DNA of 25,061 nucleotides from Nitrospinales bacterium (GTDB lineage Bacteria > Nitrospinota > Nitrospinia > Nitrospinales > JAJDAT01). The stretch covers positions 1 to 25,061 of the forward strand of contig JBHHYO010000038.1 in NCBI GenBank assembly GCA_046757665.1. The letters are read 5' to 3'. The notes beneath the pieces are model-generated. The model did no database searches. It saw only the letters and a program-made list of their open reading frames with translations, and was not told where the DNA came from. This document shows positions 17,256 to 24,857 of this stretch, one piece after another; position 1 is the first letter of the stretch; each line of letters opens with the position of its first letter. Made by a program: the position numbers and the translations under genes.

Positions 17256-20200
17256 TTACGGCAGGGGGCCCAGGATGTCTCCCGGGGTTTGGAAGATGCC
17301 CTGGAAAATACCGATCACTTTTTTCCCCAGCGAAGTGAAGGGGACGGGAGTGATTTTCGGCGAATTAAACTTGCCGCGAACGGTGTAATAATTTTTCACC
17401 AGGCTTTTCTCGTCCCCCGCGGTGAGCACCTTGCCGAGCAGGGGAATTTGCGTGAGGAATTTGTCGAGGGCCGCCAGCGGGGCAACGCCGATGACCGTAT
17501 CCATTTTACTGCGGGCCAGATCGAACTTGCCCACCAGCGAGGTGACCCGCTTGGGGGTTTTGTAGAGGAAGTTTTCGGTTTCCGCTATGCCCTGCCTCAC
17601 CACGAATTTCCCCGATATCCGTTCGTACCGGACCGGCGGCTTGGGATTCGCCGGAGCTTTCTTACTCTTGGATAGACCCAGCAGATTGAGCACCCCCCGC
17701 TTGAGTTTTTTCTTGTCGATCCGCCCGGCATATAAATTAAAGGCCAAATGGCCGTCCAGCGAGTGGGAGATTTCCTTCCAGTTGCCGCCCTCGCCTTGAA
17801 AATCGGCTTGCAACAGCTTGAGCTTTCCCGACAACGTGTTGACGAATATATCCCCGAACTGGCCCAGGAAATCGTTGGTTCGAATATTTTCGGCGCGAAC
17901 CAGGCCCTGAAATCGCAACCCTCCGGAATCCGCAAGGGCCAGCAGGCCATGCCCCTTGATCAGGTTGTTGTTCGGGCAGACGATCTCCAGTTTGTTGACG
18001 CGGAGGGTTTTGTTTTTCAGGGAAATTTCTCCGCGGACATCCGTGAGCCGCCAGAACCGGTAATCCAGATGGTTGAGGTTGAAAACCAGCCTGCCGGCAC
18101 CCTCGGCAAACAAAGTCGAATGTTCCAGCCGGTCCCGCAGGCCGCCGAGCGGAGACTTCGAGACCTGCCACCACGTCCGGTTCAAGTTCAATTTTTTCCC
18201 GGAAACCGTCAGGTCAAAAACCGGGTCGGGCCCCAGGGCGTACATTCCCTTGAACTGGAGAGCCGTGTCGGCAAAGGCCAGCCGGCCTTTCCGGATATCC
18301 AGTTTCTTGCCGCGGATCCGGGTGGCGATGCTGATGGTCAGCGGAGCGCCGTTCACTGGAAACGTCAGGTTCCGCAAGTCCAGCTCGCCGTCGAACCGGG
18401 TGGAATGCGGTTTGCCGAGCACCCCCGTGCCCGAAATGTCCACATTGGCCTTGCCGGACTGATTGTTTTCCAGAAGCGGCAACCCCAGGGAGGCGGTTTG
18501 CAAATCCGCCGCATGGATTCGGAAAGTAAACGGCGACCCGGGAGCCAGCTGAACACTGCCCTCCGCCTCGATTGAGTTGCCTCCCACCTCATAAACCAGA
18601 TCGCGAATGGTAACGGTTCGTTGTTTTTCGATCCGGCCCGCCAGACGAATCGAGTTGGCCTGCCCGGTTTTTTTGGCGATCAAGTCGCCATAGCGATAAG
18701 ACGCCCCGGTTAAATCCATGGCGCCGCGGAAATCGACCGCTTGCGGAGTGCCGCTCCAGTGGCTGTCGAGCCGGATGGAGCCGAAACCTTTCAGCTGTTC
18801 CAGGAAAGGGATCGCTTGCAAATCCTCCGGAGTCAGCGCTGTCGACGTGAGGTGCGCCTTGAATTTCATGTCCGATTTCGGGCGGATTTCAAGATCGCCT
18901 TCCAATTGGAAAGAGGAGTTGCCATACCGTCCGCGAATATTTTTAAACTGCGCCTTGTTTTCGGCGAGGGTCACTCGTCCGGAAAGATTCGACCAGGCCG
19001 CCGGGTGGTTTGCATATTTCAGGGCGACTTCTCTGAGTTCAAGAGCGATGCGGGACTTTGCGCGGCCCAGGTCCAACGAGCGGCCTTCGCCCCGGTAGTC
19101 CACGACAATCGTTCCCGACTGCAAATCCGTTTTCTTCCACAAGGGAACGGAGGACAGTGCGCCGGGGAACAGATCGCGGACTTTTGCGGCGTCTAGCATG
19201 AATGTTCCAGCCACCTTAAAAGCCGGTTCTCCCTTTCCCAGGCGGATTTCCCCGCCCATGCCGGAAAAGGCGTTCGTCCCGAAATCCCCCGAAAAATCGT
19301 CAAAGCGGATTGTCCAGGGATACCCGGCGCCGGGTTTTTCGGTTGGTTTGCGTTCGAGACCCACCCGGCCCCGCACATTGCTCAGCGGAAAAAATTTCTC
19401 CTTATCGGCGGCATCCCGCATTTGCAGGCCCGCCTCGGCAAATTCAAACCCGGCATCGACGGCAACGTGATCCATGTTGTCCAGGGGGCCTTGCAAGCCG
19501 ATGCGGATTTTCCCCTTGCCGGAAAGGTCCTGCAACCGGGCCAGCGACTGCTGAAACGTTTTGTCGGTCAGGGTGGTTTTCAGGATTTCGCGCAATTGTT
19601 TTAACGTCAGGTCGCCGTTGACCTGCACGTCGGCCACGGGCCGGGACATTAAGTTTTTGATTTTCCCCGTCAGGGTCGCCAGGGGGAAGAGGGAGTGCCG
19701 GGCTGTTTTGATTTCGACACTGCCGTTGCCCGAAGCGATACGAAAAGTTCCGGCGGCACGATCGAGGTTCAGGAAAGGAGAATTCCATTTCACTTTCTTA
19801 AAAACCAGTGCCGCGGAAAGCGGCGCCATGTTTTCCCGGAGAGACGAGGGATTCAGCTGGTCGAGACTGCCGTCGAACTTGAGCGAGCGGAGTTCCGCCG
19901 TTCCTCCCTTAAGCGTGCTTCGCACCCGTTTTCGCCGTGCCGGGGAAAGCAGGGAGAAGAGGGGAAAGTCGTCGATCCGGGCCAATGAAAACTCGCCGCT
20001 TTCTATTGCCAGAAAAACTTTGGGATTTTTTGAGGCGAAACCGGTCAGTTTCCCGTTCCCTTGCACGTGCAACTTTCCGAATTGAAAAGAGGCGTCCTCG
20101 ACGAGCAGGGAGTCTTTTTGCAAAGCGATTTTGTAATCGACACGGCCTTCCAAGGCGGGCGATTTTTTCGGTTCCGGCGACCCGCCAGCCGGCAAGCGGA

Positions 20201-21059
20201 CGTACTGCAAGTTTCCTGAAAAACTCAGCGGCCCCTCGACCGCCGCGGAAAACCGCGATTCCAGGGAAACCGAGACATCGCCGGGATGCAGTGCGGCGAC
20301 CGCCGGCAAGTAGGACTCAAACTGGGGCAAAAAAAGTTTCCGCACGGTGATTTTCCCGTCCGCGGAAAACCCGGCCAGGTCGAACCCGCCCGACGGGTTG
20401 TGCAACTGCGCCGAAATGTCCAGCAGGGACGCGCCGGCGGGATTGGGGATTTCGCCGCGCAGAGAAAACTCGAACCGGGGTTCGGCAAACAGCTTGCGAA
20501 GGGACAGGTGGATGTTGCGAACGGGAATTCGCAGGGGCTGGGCGCGGTTATGGTAATCGAGAAACTCGATTTCGCTGTCTCGAACGATCCATTGGGGCAT
20601 CACGCCCACTTTGATCAACGAGAAGGGGCCACCGCCGCCGTTTTGCCTTTGGGCCAGCAGGCCCTCCATCCCCGGCACGCTAAACTTTCCGTCGCGTCCC
20701 CGCGTCAATTTGATGAAGGAGCCCTGCATCACCAGCTTTTCAATCACCACCTGCCGAACCAGCAACGGCAGAATCTTGATGACCACCAGGATTTCCCGGG
20801 CGCGCATTTCCGGGACGCCGCCGGCGGATTTGCCGAGCGAAACATTTTTGAGTTTCACGCCGATCCCCTGGTCGAAATTCAGTTCCGCGCCGCCTATCGA
20901 AACTTCGGATTGCGTGATTTCGCCGATTTTAAGGGCAAGGGTGTCCTTCAAGCTGTCCAGGTCGGTGAGTTGCCTGTACGCCAGGAAACCCAGCACGCCG
21001 ACGGTCAGGAACAGACCCAGCAAAACATAGGAAACAATTTTTTTTCCGGAAACCGGCAT
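17256..21059 (-). CDS. AsmA-like / YhdP family bridge-like envelope protein (putative phospholipid transport)
   Basis: About 1267 aa with a single N-terminal TM anchor, an AsmA-type N-terminus (IKILPLLVRQVVIEKL...LTRGRDGKFSV), long amphipathic beta-strand repeats and an AsmA_2-like C-terminus (YERISGKF...GKFDL...LTQIPLLGKVL...YYTVRGKFNSPKI). ATG 21059 is preferred because the ORF-track TTG 21095 lies inside a repeat. Confidence 0.85.
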   Translation of the reverse strand: MPVSGKKIVSYVLLGLFLTVGVLGFLAYRQLTDLDSLKDTLALKIGEITQSEVSIGGAELNFDQGIGVKLKNVSLGKSAGGVPEMRAREILVVIKILPLLVRQVVIEKLVMQGSFIKLTRGRDGKFSVPGMEGLLAQRQNGGGGPFSLIKVGVMPQWIVRDSEIEFLDYHNRAQPLRIPVRNIHLSLRKLFAEPRFEFSLRGEIPNPAGASLLDISAQLHNPSGGFDLAGFSADGKITVRKLFLPQFESYLPAVAALHPGDVSVSLESRFSAAVEGPLSFSGNLQYVRLPAGGSPEPKKSPALEGRVDYKIALQKDSLLVEDASFQFGKLHVQGNGKLTGFASKNPKVFLAIESGEFSLARIDDFPLFSLLSPARRKRVRSTLKGGTAELRSLKFDGSLDQLNPSSLRENMAPLSAALVFKKVKWNSPFLNLDRAAGTFRIASGNGSVEIKTARHSLFPLATLTGKIKNLMSRPVADVQVNGDLTLKQLREILKTTLTDKTFQQSLARLQDLSGKGKIRIGLQGPLDNMDHVAVDAGFEFAEAGLQMRDAADKEKFFPLSNVRGRVGLERKPTEKPGAGYPWTIRFDDFSGDFGTNAFSGMGGEIRLGKGEPAFKVAGTFMLDAAKVRDLFPGALSSVPLWKKTDLQSGTIVVDYRGEGRSLDLGRAKSRIALELREVALKYANHPAAWSNLSGRVTLAENKAQFKNIRGRYGNSSFQLEGDLEIRPKSDMKFKAHLTSTALTPEDLQAIPFLEQLKGFGSIRLDSHWSGTPQAVDFRGAMDLTGASYRYGDLIAKKTGQANSIRLAGRIEKQRTVTIRDLVYEVGGNSIEAEGSVQLAPGSPFTFRIHAADLQTASLGLPLLENNQSGKANVDISGTGVLGKPHSTRFDGELDLRNLTFPVNGAPLTISIATRIRGKKLDIRKGRLAFADTALQFKGMYALGPDPVFDLTVSGKKLNLNRTWWQVSKSPLGGLRDRLEHSTLFAEGAGRLVFNLNHLDYRFWRLTDVRGEISLKNKTLRVNKLEIVCPNNNLIKGHGLLALADSGGLRFQGLVRAENIRTNDFLGQFGDIFVNTLSGKLKLLQADFQGEGGNWKEISHSLDGHLAFNLYAGRIDKKKLKRGVLNLLGLSKSKKAPANPKPPVRYERISGKFVVRQGIAETENFLYKTPKRVTSLVGKFDLARSKMDTVIGVAPLAALDKFLTQIPLLGKVLTAGDEKSLVKNYYTVRGKFNSPKITPVPFTSLGKKVIGIFQGIFQTPGDILGPLP

Positions 21060-21075
21060 AGATATTTGTTCTGGT

Positions 21076-21218
21076 ACTTCGTCGCAAAAGTTCAAAACCG
21101 TTTCTTCACGCTTTGACAGAGCCTGTCCTGAGCCCGCTGAAGGGCTCAGCGTGACAGCTGGTTGTCGTCCTGAGCCTGTCGAAGGGCGACATTTCCCGGT
21201 TACTTATTTTTACGCAAC
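21076..21218. repeat. Family-2 double-hairpin element, copy B (nested insertion, eroded right end)
   Basis: TGGT-ACTTCGTCGCAAAAGTTCA...TTCACGCTTTGACA[GAGCCTGTCCTGAGCCCGCTGAAGG]GCTCAGCGTGACAGCTGGTTGTCGTCCTGAGCCTGTCGAAGGGCGA...CCCGGT...CGCAAC aligns with copy A apart from about 24 extra bases in the first loop. Confidence 0.88.
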
Positions 21219-21383
21219 ATGTTTAATAAAATCCGCAAGGGGAAAGGATTTTCACATCTTGTTTGAAGCACGGCTCAATAAAAGTGTAATATATTTTGTT
21301 TGCGGCGGCAGATAAAAATAGCCGCCGCGATGGTCTTCCCGGAGCGCCCGGCTCCTCTGCAAAACTCTTCACCGGAGAAATTT

Positions 21384-22148
21384 ATGGGTATGCGGGAGAA
21401 ACCCGAAAGTCTGGTTTATGGAATCAACCCGGTCCTGCACGCCCTGAAACTGGCGCAACGCGCCTGCCACAAGATTGTCGTTGAACAAGGCAGGCCGGCG
21501 CCAAGAATCCGGCCCCTGCTGGAGTCGGCCCGGCGGGACGGCATTCGGGTGGAGACTCTGCCGCGCGCCGTGTTCGGCAAAAAATATCCCGGCCGGGCGC
21601 ACCAGGGCATCGTCGGCCATTTCTCCCCAAAGGCAACTCTGCCGCTTGACGAGCTGATCCGCCGCGCCTTCGAGCAAACGCCGCAACCCACCCTGGCCGT
21701 TCTGGATTGCATCCAGGACCCGCGGAACCTGGGCGCCATCATCCGCTCGGCGGAAGCGCAGGGCATCCAGGGAATCGTCCTTCCCAAAAACCGTAGCGCC
21801 CCGCTCAACGAAACCGTGGCCAAATGCTCCGCCGGCGCTGTCGAAAGCATCCCCATCGCCACGGCCACCAACCTCGCCAAGGCGCTGGAGACTCTCAAAA
21901 GCGCCGGATTCTGGATCGTCGGCGTGGACATGGCCGGGGAAAAACCCTGCGGCGAGTTCGCGTTCGATTCGCCCACCGCGCTGGTCCTCGGCGGCGAGGA
22001 AAAGGGGATCCGCCCCTTGTTGAAACGCGCCTGCGATTTTACGGTGTGCATCCCCATGAGCGGGACGGTAGGCTCGCTGAACGTGTCCACCGCCGGCGCT
22101 ATTTTATTCTATGAAATTTTGCGGCAGAAAAGGCGGAAACCGGGTTGA
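21384..22148 (+). CDS. rlmB: 23S rRNA (guanosine-2251-2'-O)-methyltransferase, SpoU/TrmH family
   Basis: VYGINPV, HQGIV, LDCIQDPRNLGAIIRSA, AKCSAGA, VLGGEEKGIR and IPMSGTVGSLNVS. GGAG SD at 21374-21377 precedes ATG 21384. Confidence 0.93.
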   Translation: MGMREKPESLVYGINPVLHALKLAQRACHKIVVEQGRPAPRIRPLLESARRDGIRVETLPRAVFGKKYPGRAHQGIVGHFSPKATLPLDELIRRAFEQTPQPTLAVLDCIQDPRNLGAIIRSAEAQGIQGIVLPKNRSAPLNETVAKCSAGAVESIPIATATNLAKALETLKSAGFWIVGVDMAGEKPCGEFAFDSPTALVLGGEEKGIRPLLKRACDFTVCIPMSGTVGSLNVSTAGAILFYEILRQKRRKPG

Positions 22149-22242
22149 ACCGCCGGGACAACAAAGCGGCCCCGGCATGAATGTTCCGCGAAGAGCGTTT
22201 TGGCGGCGAGCGATTGCAATCGACCTGCGAACCGGCTTGAAG

Positions 22243-22292
22243 AAACAAAAAAAACGGGCCGAAGCATTCCGCCGCCCGCTTCCAACCCGTTT
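22243..22292 (-). terminator. Intrinsic terminator downstream of rpsU
   Basis: Minus strand AAACGGGTTGGAAGC-loop-GCTTCGGCCCGTTT followed by TTTTTGTTT, 26 bp after the rpsU stop. Confidence 0.7.
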
Positions 22293-22318
22293 GAAAATTA
22301 TGCGTCGGAGTTCCGGGT

Positions 22319-22510
22319 TCAGGAAAACCTTCTCCGGAAACCCATTCTCCTTTTTTTCTTGGCTTCTTTTTGCTTGCGTTTTTTCTTTACGGAAGGTTTT
22401 TCGTAAAACCTTCGACGCTTCAACTCCTTCAACAAACCTTCTTTTGTCAGTTGGCGTTTCAGCACCTTAAGCGCCTTGTCCACCTGATTCTGGTATACAG
22501 TGACTTCCAA
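22319..22510 (-). CDS. rpsU: 30S ribosomal protein bS21
   Basis: (M)EVTVYQNQVDKALKVLKRQLTKEGLLKELKRRRFYEKPSVKKKRKQKEAKKK. TTG start at 22510 with a strong SD GGGAGGTG (22524-22517) 6 nt upstream. Confidence 0.96.
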   Translation of the reverse strand: MEVTVYQNQVDKALKVLKRQLTKEGLLKELKRRRFYEKPSVKKKRKQKEAKKKRRMGFRRRFS

Positions 22511-22568
22511 AAAATACACCTCCCGTTTTGGACGAAAATGCTTCGTTTGATAATTACCGTAGAAGGTG

Positions 22569-22597
22569 ATTCTAATTGATTTTTCGACCCGTGTCAA
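22569..22597 (-). promoter_or_regulatory. Sigma70 promoter of rpsU
   Basis: TTGACA (22597-22592), 17 bp, TAGAAT (22574-22569): near-consensus with optimal spacing. Confidence 0.8.
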
Positions 22598-22800
22598 GGG
22601 CGCTTCTCGACCGGCCTCCTTGGGGGTTTTCCGTTCAATCATCAGAAAAACAACTAGTTGTCAAACGAAACGAGTTCGCGGACAGCGGTTCGCGCCAGGA
22701 TGAATTCATTGCCAACATTGCGCTTCATCGGTTAAAATAAGGCCGAACTCCGGATTCGGAAAACCGCCTCGAATGTCCCGCGGCGCGGGAGGATCATGCC

Positions 22801-24021
22801 ATGAATGCCACATTACGAAGCCTGTTACTGTTCCTGCTCGGCTTTCCGGTCCTGTTTGGTATTGAGACCGGCGCCGCGCAAACCTCCGCGGTGCCCAACT
22901 CCGGCTCTCCCTACGTGAACCTGGCGGAGGTCGAGGATAACCAGATCATCCACCTGCCCACCGGCGTCCCGGTTACGGTCGATCAACTGATTGACGTCCT
23001 GTCGGGCTCGCGCGTCATTTACGTCGGCGAAACGCACGACAACCTGGAAGCGCATCGGGTGCAACTGGAAATCATCCGGCGCCTGAACGAGAAATTTCCC
23101 GGGCGCGTTGCCGTGGGCATGGAAATGTTTCGCCGCTCCGCGCAAACCGGTCTGGACCGCTGGCATGACGGCGCGTTATCCGACCGGGACTTCAAAAAAC
23201 TTTTCCGACGGCACTGGGGGCGGGGTTACAAGGCCTACCGGCCGATTTTCGAATATTTGAAAGCCAACCGACTGCCGTTGCTGGGCCTCAAATCGACCCT
23301 GAAAACCCAGGACCGGCTACGCAAGGACGGCCTGGACATCCCCGACGCCCGGAGCGTTTTTCCGGAAATGGACCTGGACGACGTTTACCACAAGGCCCAT
23401 ACGATGGCGGTATTCGGCGGGCATGAGGGCGGGGTTGCCGGCACCTCCGGCCCCTATCGGATGCTGGTTCTGTGGGAGGAAACCATGGCGGAGACCGTCG
23501 CCCGGTTCCTGAAAAACGACGACTTCCGCGCCTGGAAAATCGTCGTGCTGACCGGCGGCTTTCATGTGCAATACGGGTTTGGCATCCCCAAGCGGGCTTT
23601 CCGCCGCGTTCCGCACGATTACTCCATCGTCCTGCCCACCGTGACCCACGTGCCCGACGAACTGCAAGACCGCAAAATGGAAGTGAAAAACGTTCCCATT
23701 CCGCTGTACGCCGGAGACTTCGCGTGGAAAATATCGTACCGGGTCCTGCCGCCGAACCGCATCAAGCTGGGCATTTTTCTCCAGGAACTGGACGAGGGCC
23801 TGCTCGTCAGGCAGGTCGGAAAAGATTCCAACGCCGACCGGGCGGGCATTCAAAAAGACGATGTCCTCATCCGGCTGGACGGACGAAAAATCATCGACCA
23901 GGACGACCTGGTTGACCGGTTGCAGTTAAAGCAGATCGGCGGCCGCGCCACCCTCACCCTGCGCCGCGGCGGCCAGGACCTGGACGTGGAAGTGACCCTG
24001 GCGGACTCCCCAAAACAGTAA
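22801..24021 (+). CDS. ChaN-like (DUF399) exported protein with C-terminal PDZ domain
   Basis: Signal peptide, then VIYVGETHDNLEAHRVQLEII, VGMEMF, WEETMAE and LTGGFHVQYGFGIP ChaN motifs. PDZ: KLGIFL...SNADRAGIQKDDVLIRLDG...LTLRRGG. A GGGAGG SD lies upstream. Confidence 0.88.
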   Translation: MNATLRSLLLFLLGFPVLFGIETGAAQTSAVPNSGSPYVNLAEVEDNQIIHLPTGVPVTVDQLIDVLSGSRVIYVGETHDNLEAHRVQLEIIRRLNEKFPGRVAVGMEMFRRSAQTGLDRWHDGALSDRDFKKLFRRHWGRGYKAYRPIFEYLKANRLPLLGLKSTLKTQDRLRKDGLDIPDARSVFPEMDLDDVYHKAHTMAVFGGHEGGVAGTSGPYRMLVLWEETMAETVARFLKNDDFRAWKIVVLTGGFHVQYGFGIPKRAFRRVPHDYSIVLPTVTHVPDELQDRKMEVKNVPIPLYAGDFAWKISYRVLPPNRIKLGIFLQELDEGLLVRQVGKDSNADRAGIQKDDVLIRLDGRKIIDQDDLVDRLQLKQIGGRATLTLRRGGQDLDVEVTLADSPKQ

Positions 24022-24166
24022 GAGACCTTTGCATAAGTCGAGTCCTCGTCGCCCCGGCGTCATCGCGAGCCGCCACCGGCGGCGTGGCGATCCAGCCGGG
24101 CCACGCCCGGTAGGAATGGGTCCTTTCTGGATTGCTTCGTCGGCTTCGCCGACTCGCAATGACGAT
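24022..24166 (+). repeat. Family-1 palindromic MITE/REP-like element, copy 3
   Basis: Starts GAGACCTTTGCATAA at 24022, immediately after the TAA stop (24019-24021). Core inverted repeats are at 24059-24069 and 24153-24163. No right terminal repeat is recognisable. Confidence 0.9.
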
Positions 24167-24215
24167 CACGGTGGGACACCACTTCCCGTACCCCCTTGTG
24201 CGCTCCCGAAAGCCG

Positions 24216-24488
24216 CTACCGGACCCGGAAATCCTTCATTCCCCGGACGGCAACCCACTCCACATCGACACCGGAGACCGAGGCTGAGGGCGGCCCCTGG
24301 CGGCACCATTCGATGAGGCGGTCCACCGCTTGCGCGTCGCCCTCGGCGTGAATTTCCACCGAGCCGTCGGCGCAGTTTCTCACCCAGCCCGCCAACCGCA
24401 GGTCGTCGGCCACGGACTGCGTGCTGACGCGGAAAAATACGCCCTGCACCCGTCCGCGCACAATGATATGCGCCGCCTGTCCGCTCAT
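24216..24488 (-). CDS. acyP: Acylphosphatase
   Basis: VRGRVQGVFFR, GWVRNCADGSVEIHAEG and WCRQGPPSASV. Confidence 0.96.
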   Translation of the reverse strand: MSGQAAHIIVRGRVQGVFFRVSTQSVADDLRLAGWVRNCADGSVEIHAEGDAQAVDRLIEWCRQGPPSASVSGVDVEWVAVRGMKDFRVR

Positions 24489-24495
24489 GGAACGC

Positions 24496-24732
24496 TTATT
24501 TCTTCCGGCACCCGTCGTCGAACAGGTGCTGGATTTCCCGGTAAACCTCGAATTTCGAACCGTCGCCGATTTTGCCGCCGAACTTGCCCAGGTCGCGCAT
24601 GATGCGCTGAAACTCCGACGTGGAGCCGGAGAACTTTTCGATCAGCGGCGCGAAATAATTTTTCTCCTCCGGGTCGAGCCGCTCGCAAATTTGCCGCAGT
24701 CGATTCTTCAACGGTTCAAAGGGCTCTTGCAT
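24496..24732 (-). CDS. Small hypothetical protein (78 aa, predicted helical)
   Basis: Protein-like composition, fills the gap upstream of acyP (7-bp spacing), and has a promoter directly upstream. No family recognised. Confidence 0.7.
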   Translation of the reverse strand: MQEPFEPLKNRLRQICERLDPEEKNYFAPLIEKFSGSTSEFQRIMRDLGKFGGKIGDGSKFEVYREIQHLFDDGCRKK

Positions 24733-24738
24733 ACGCCC

Positions 24739-24767
24739 AGTCTAGCCCCGCCCGCGCCCCAACGCAA
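24739..24767 (-). promoter_or_regulatory. Putative sigma70 promoter giving a leaderless transcript
   Basis: TTGCGT (24767-24762), 17 bp, TAGACT (24744-24739), 6 bp, ATG (24732). No SD is present. Confidence 0.55.
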
Positions 24768-24857
24768 CGCCTTTTCCCCACCGAGGGCTCACCCGCCCCC
24801 TGCTCCCTGCGATAACTTGCAGTCACACGGAGAACGGAACTTCCCCTTTTTCTTAAT

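Noticed and set aside
21060..21095. TTG start at 21095 for the AsmA-like gene
   Set aside because: It lies inside repeat copy B. ATG 21059 directly precedes the basic residues and TM anchor.
21228..21292. AAAATCC-N11-GGATTTT inverted repeat and TTGAAG-18-TAATAT promoter candidate upstream of rlmB
   Set aside because: Plausible, but these are short matches in an AT-rich patch and too weak to call.
22211..22222. Perfect palindrome CGATTGCAATCG
   Set aside because: A single occurrence between convergent genes, with no promoter context or second copy.
22511..22642. 44-aa N-terminal extension of bS21
   Set aside because: The strong SD before TTG 22510 and a consensus promoter at 22569-22597 lie within the supposed extension.
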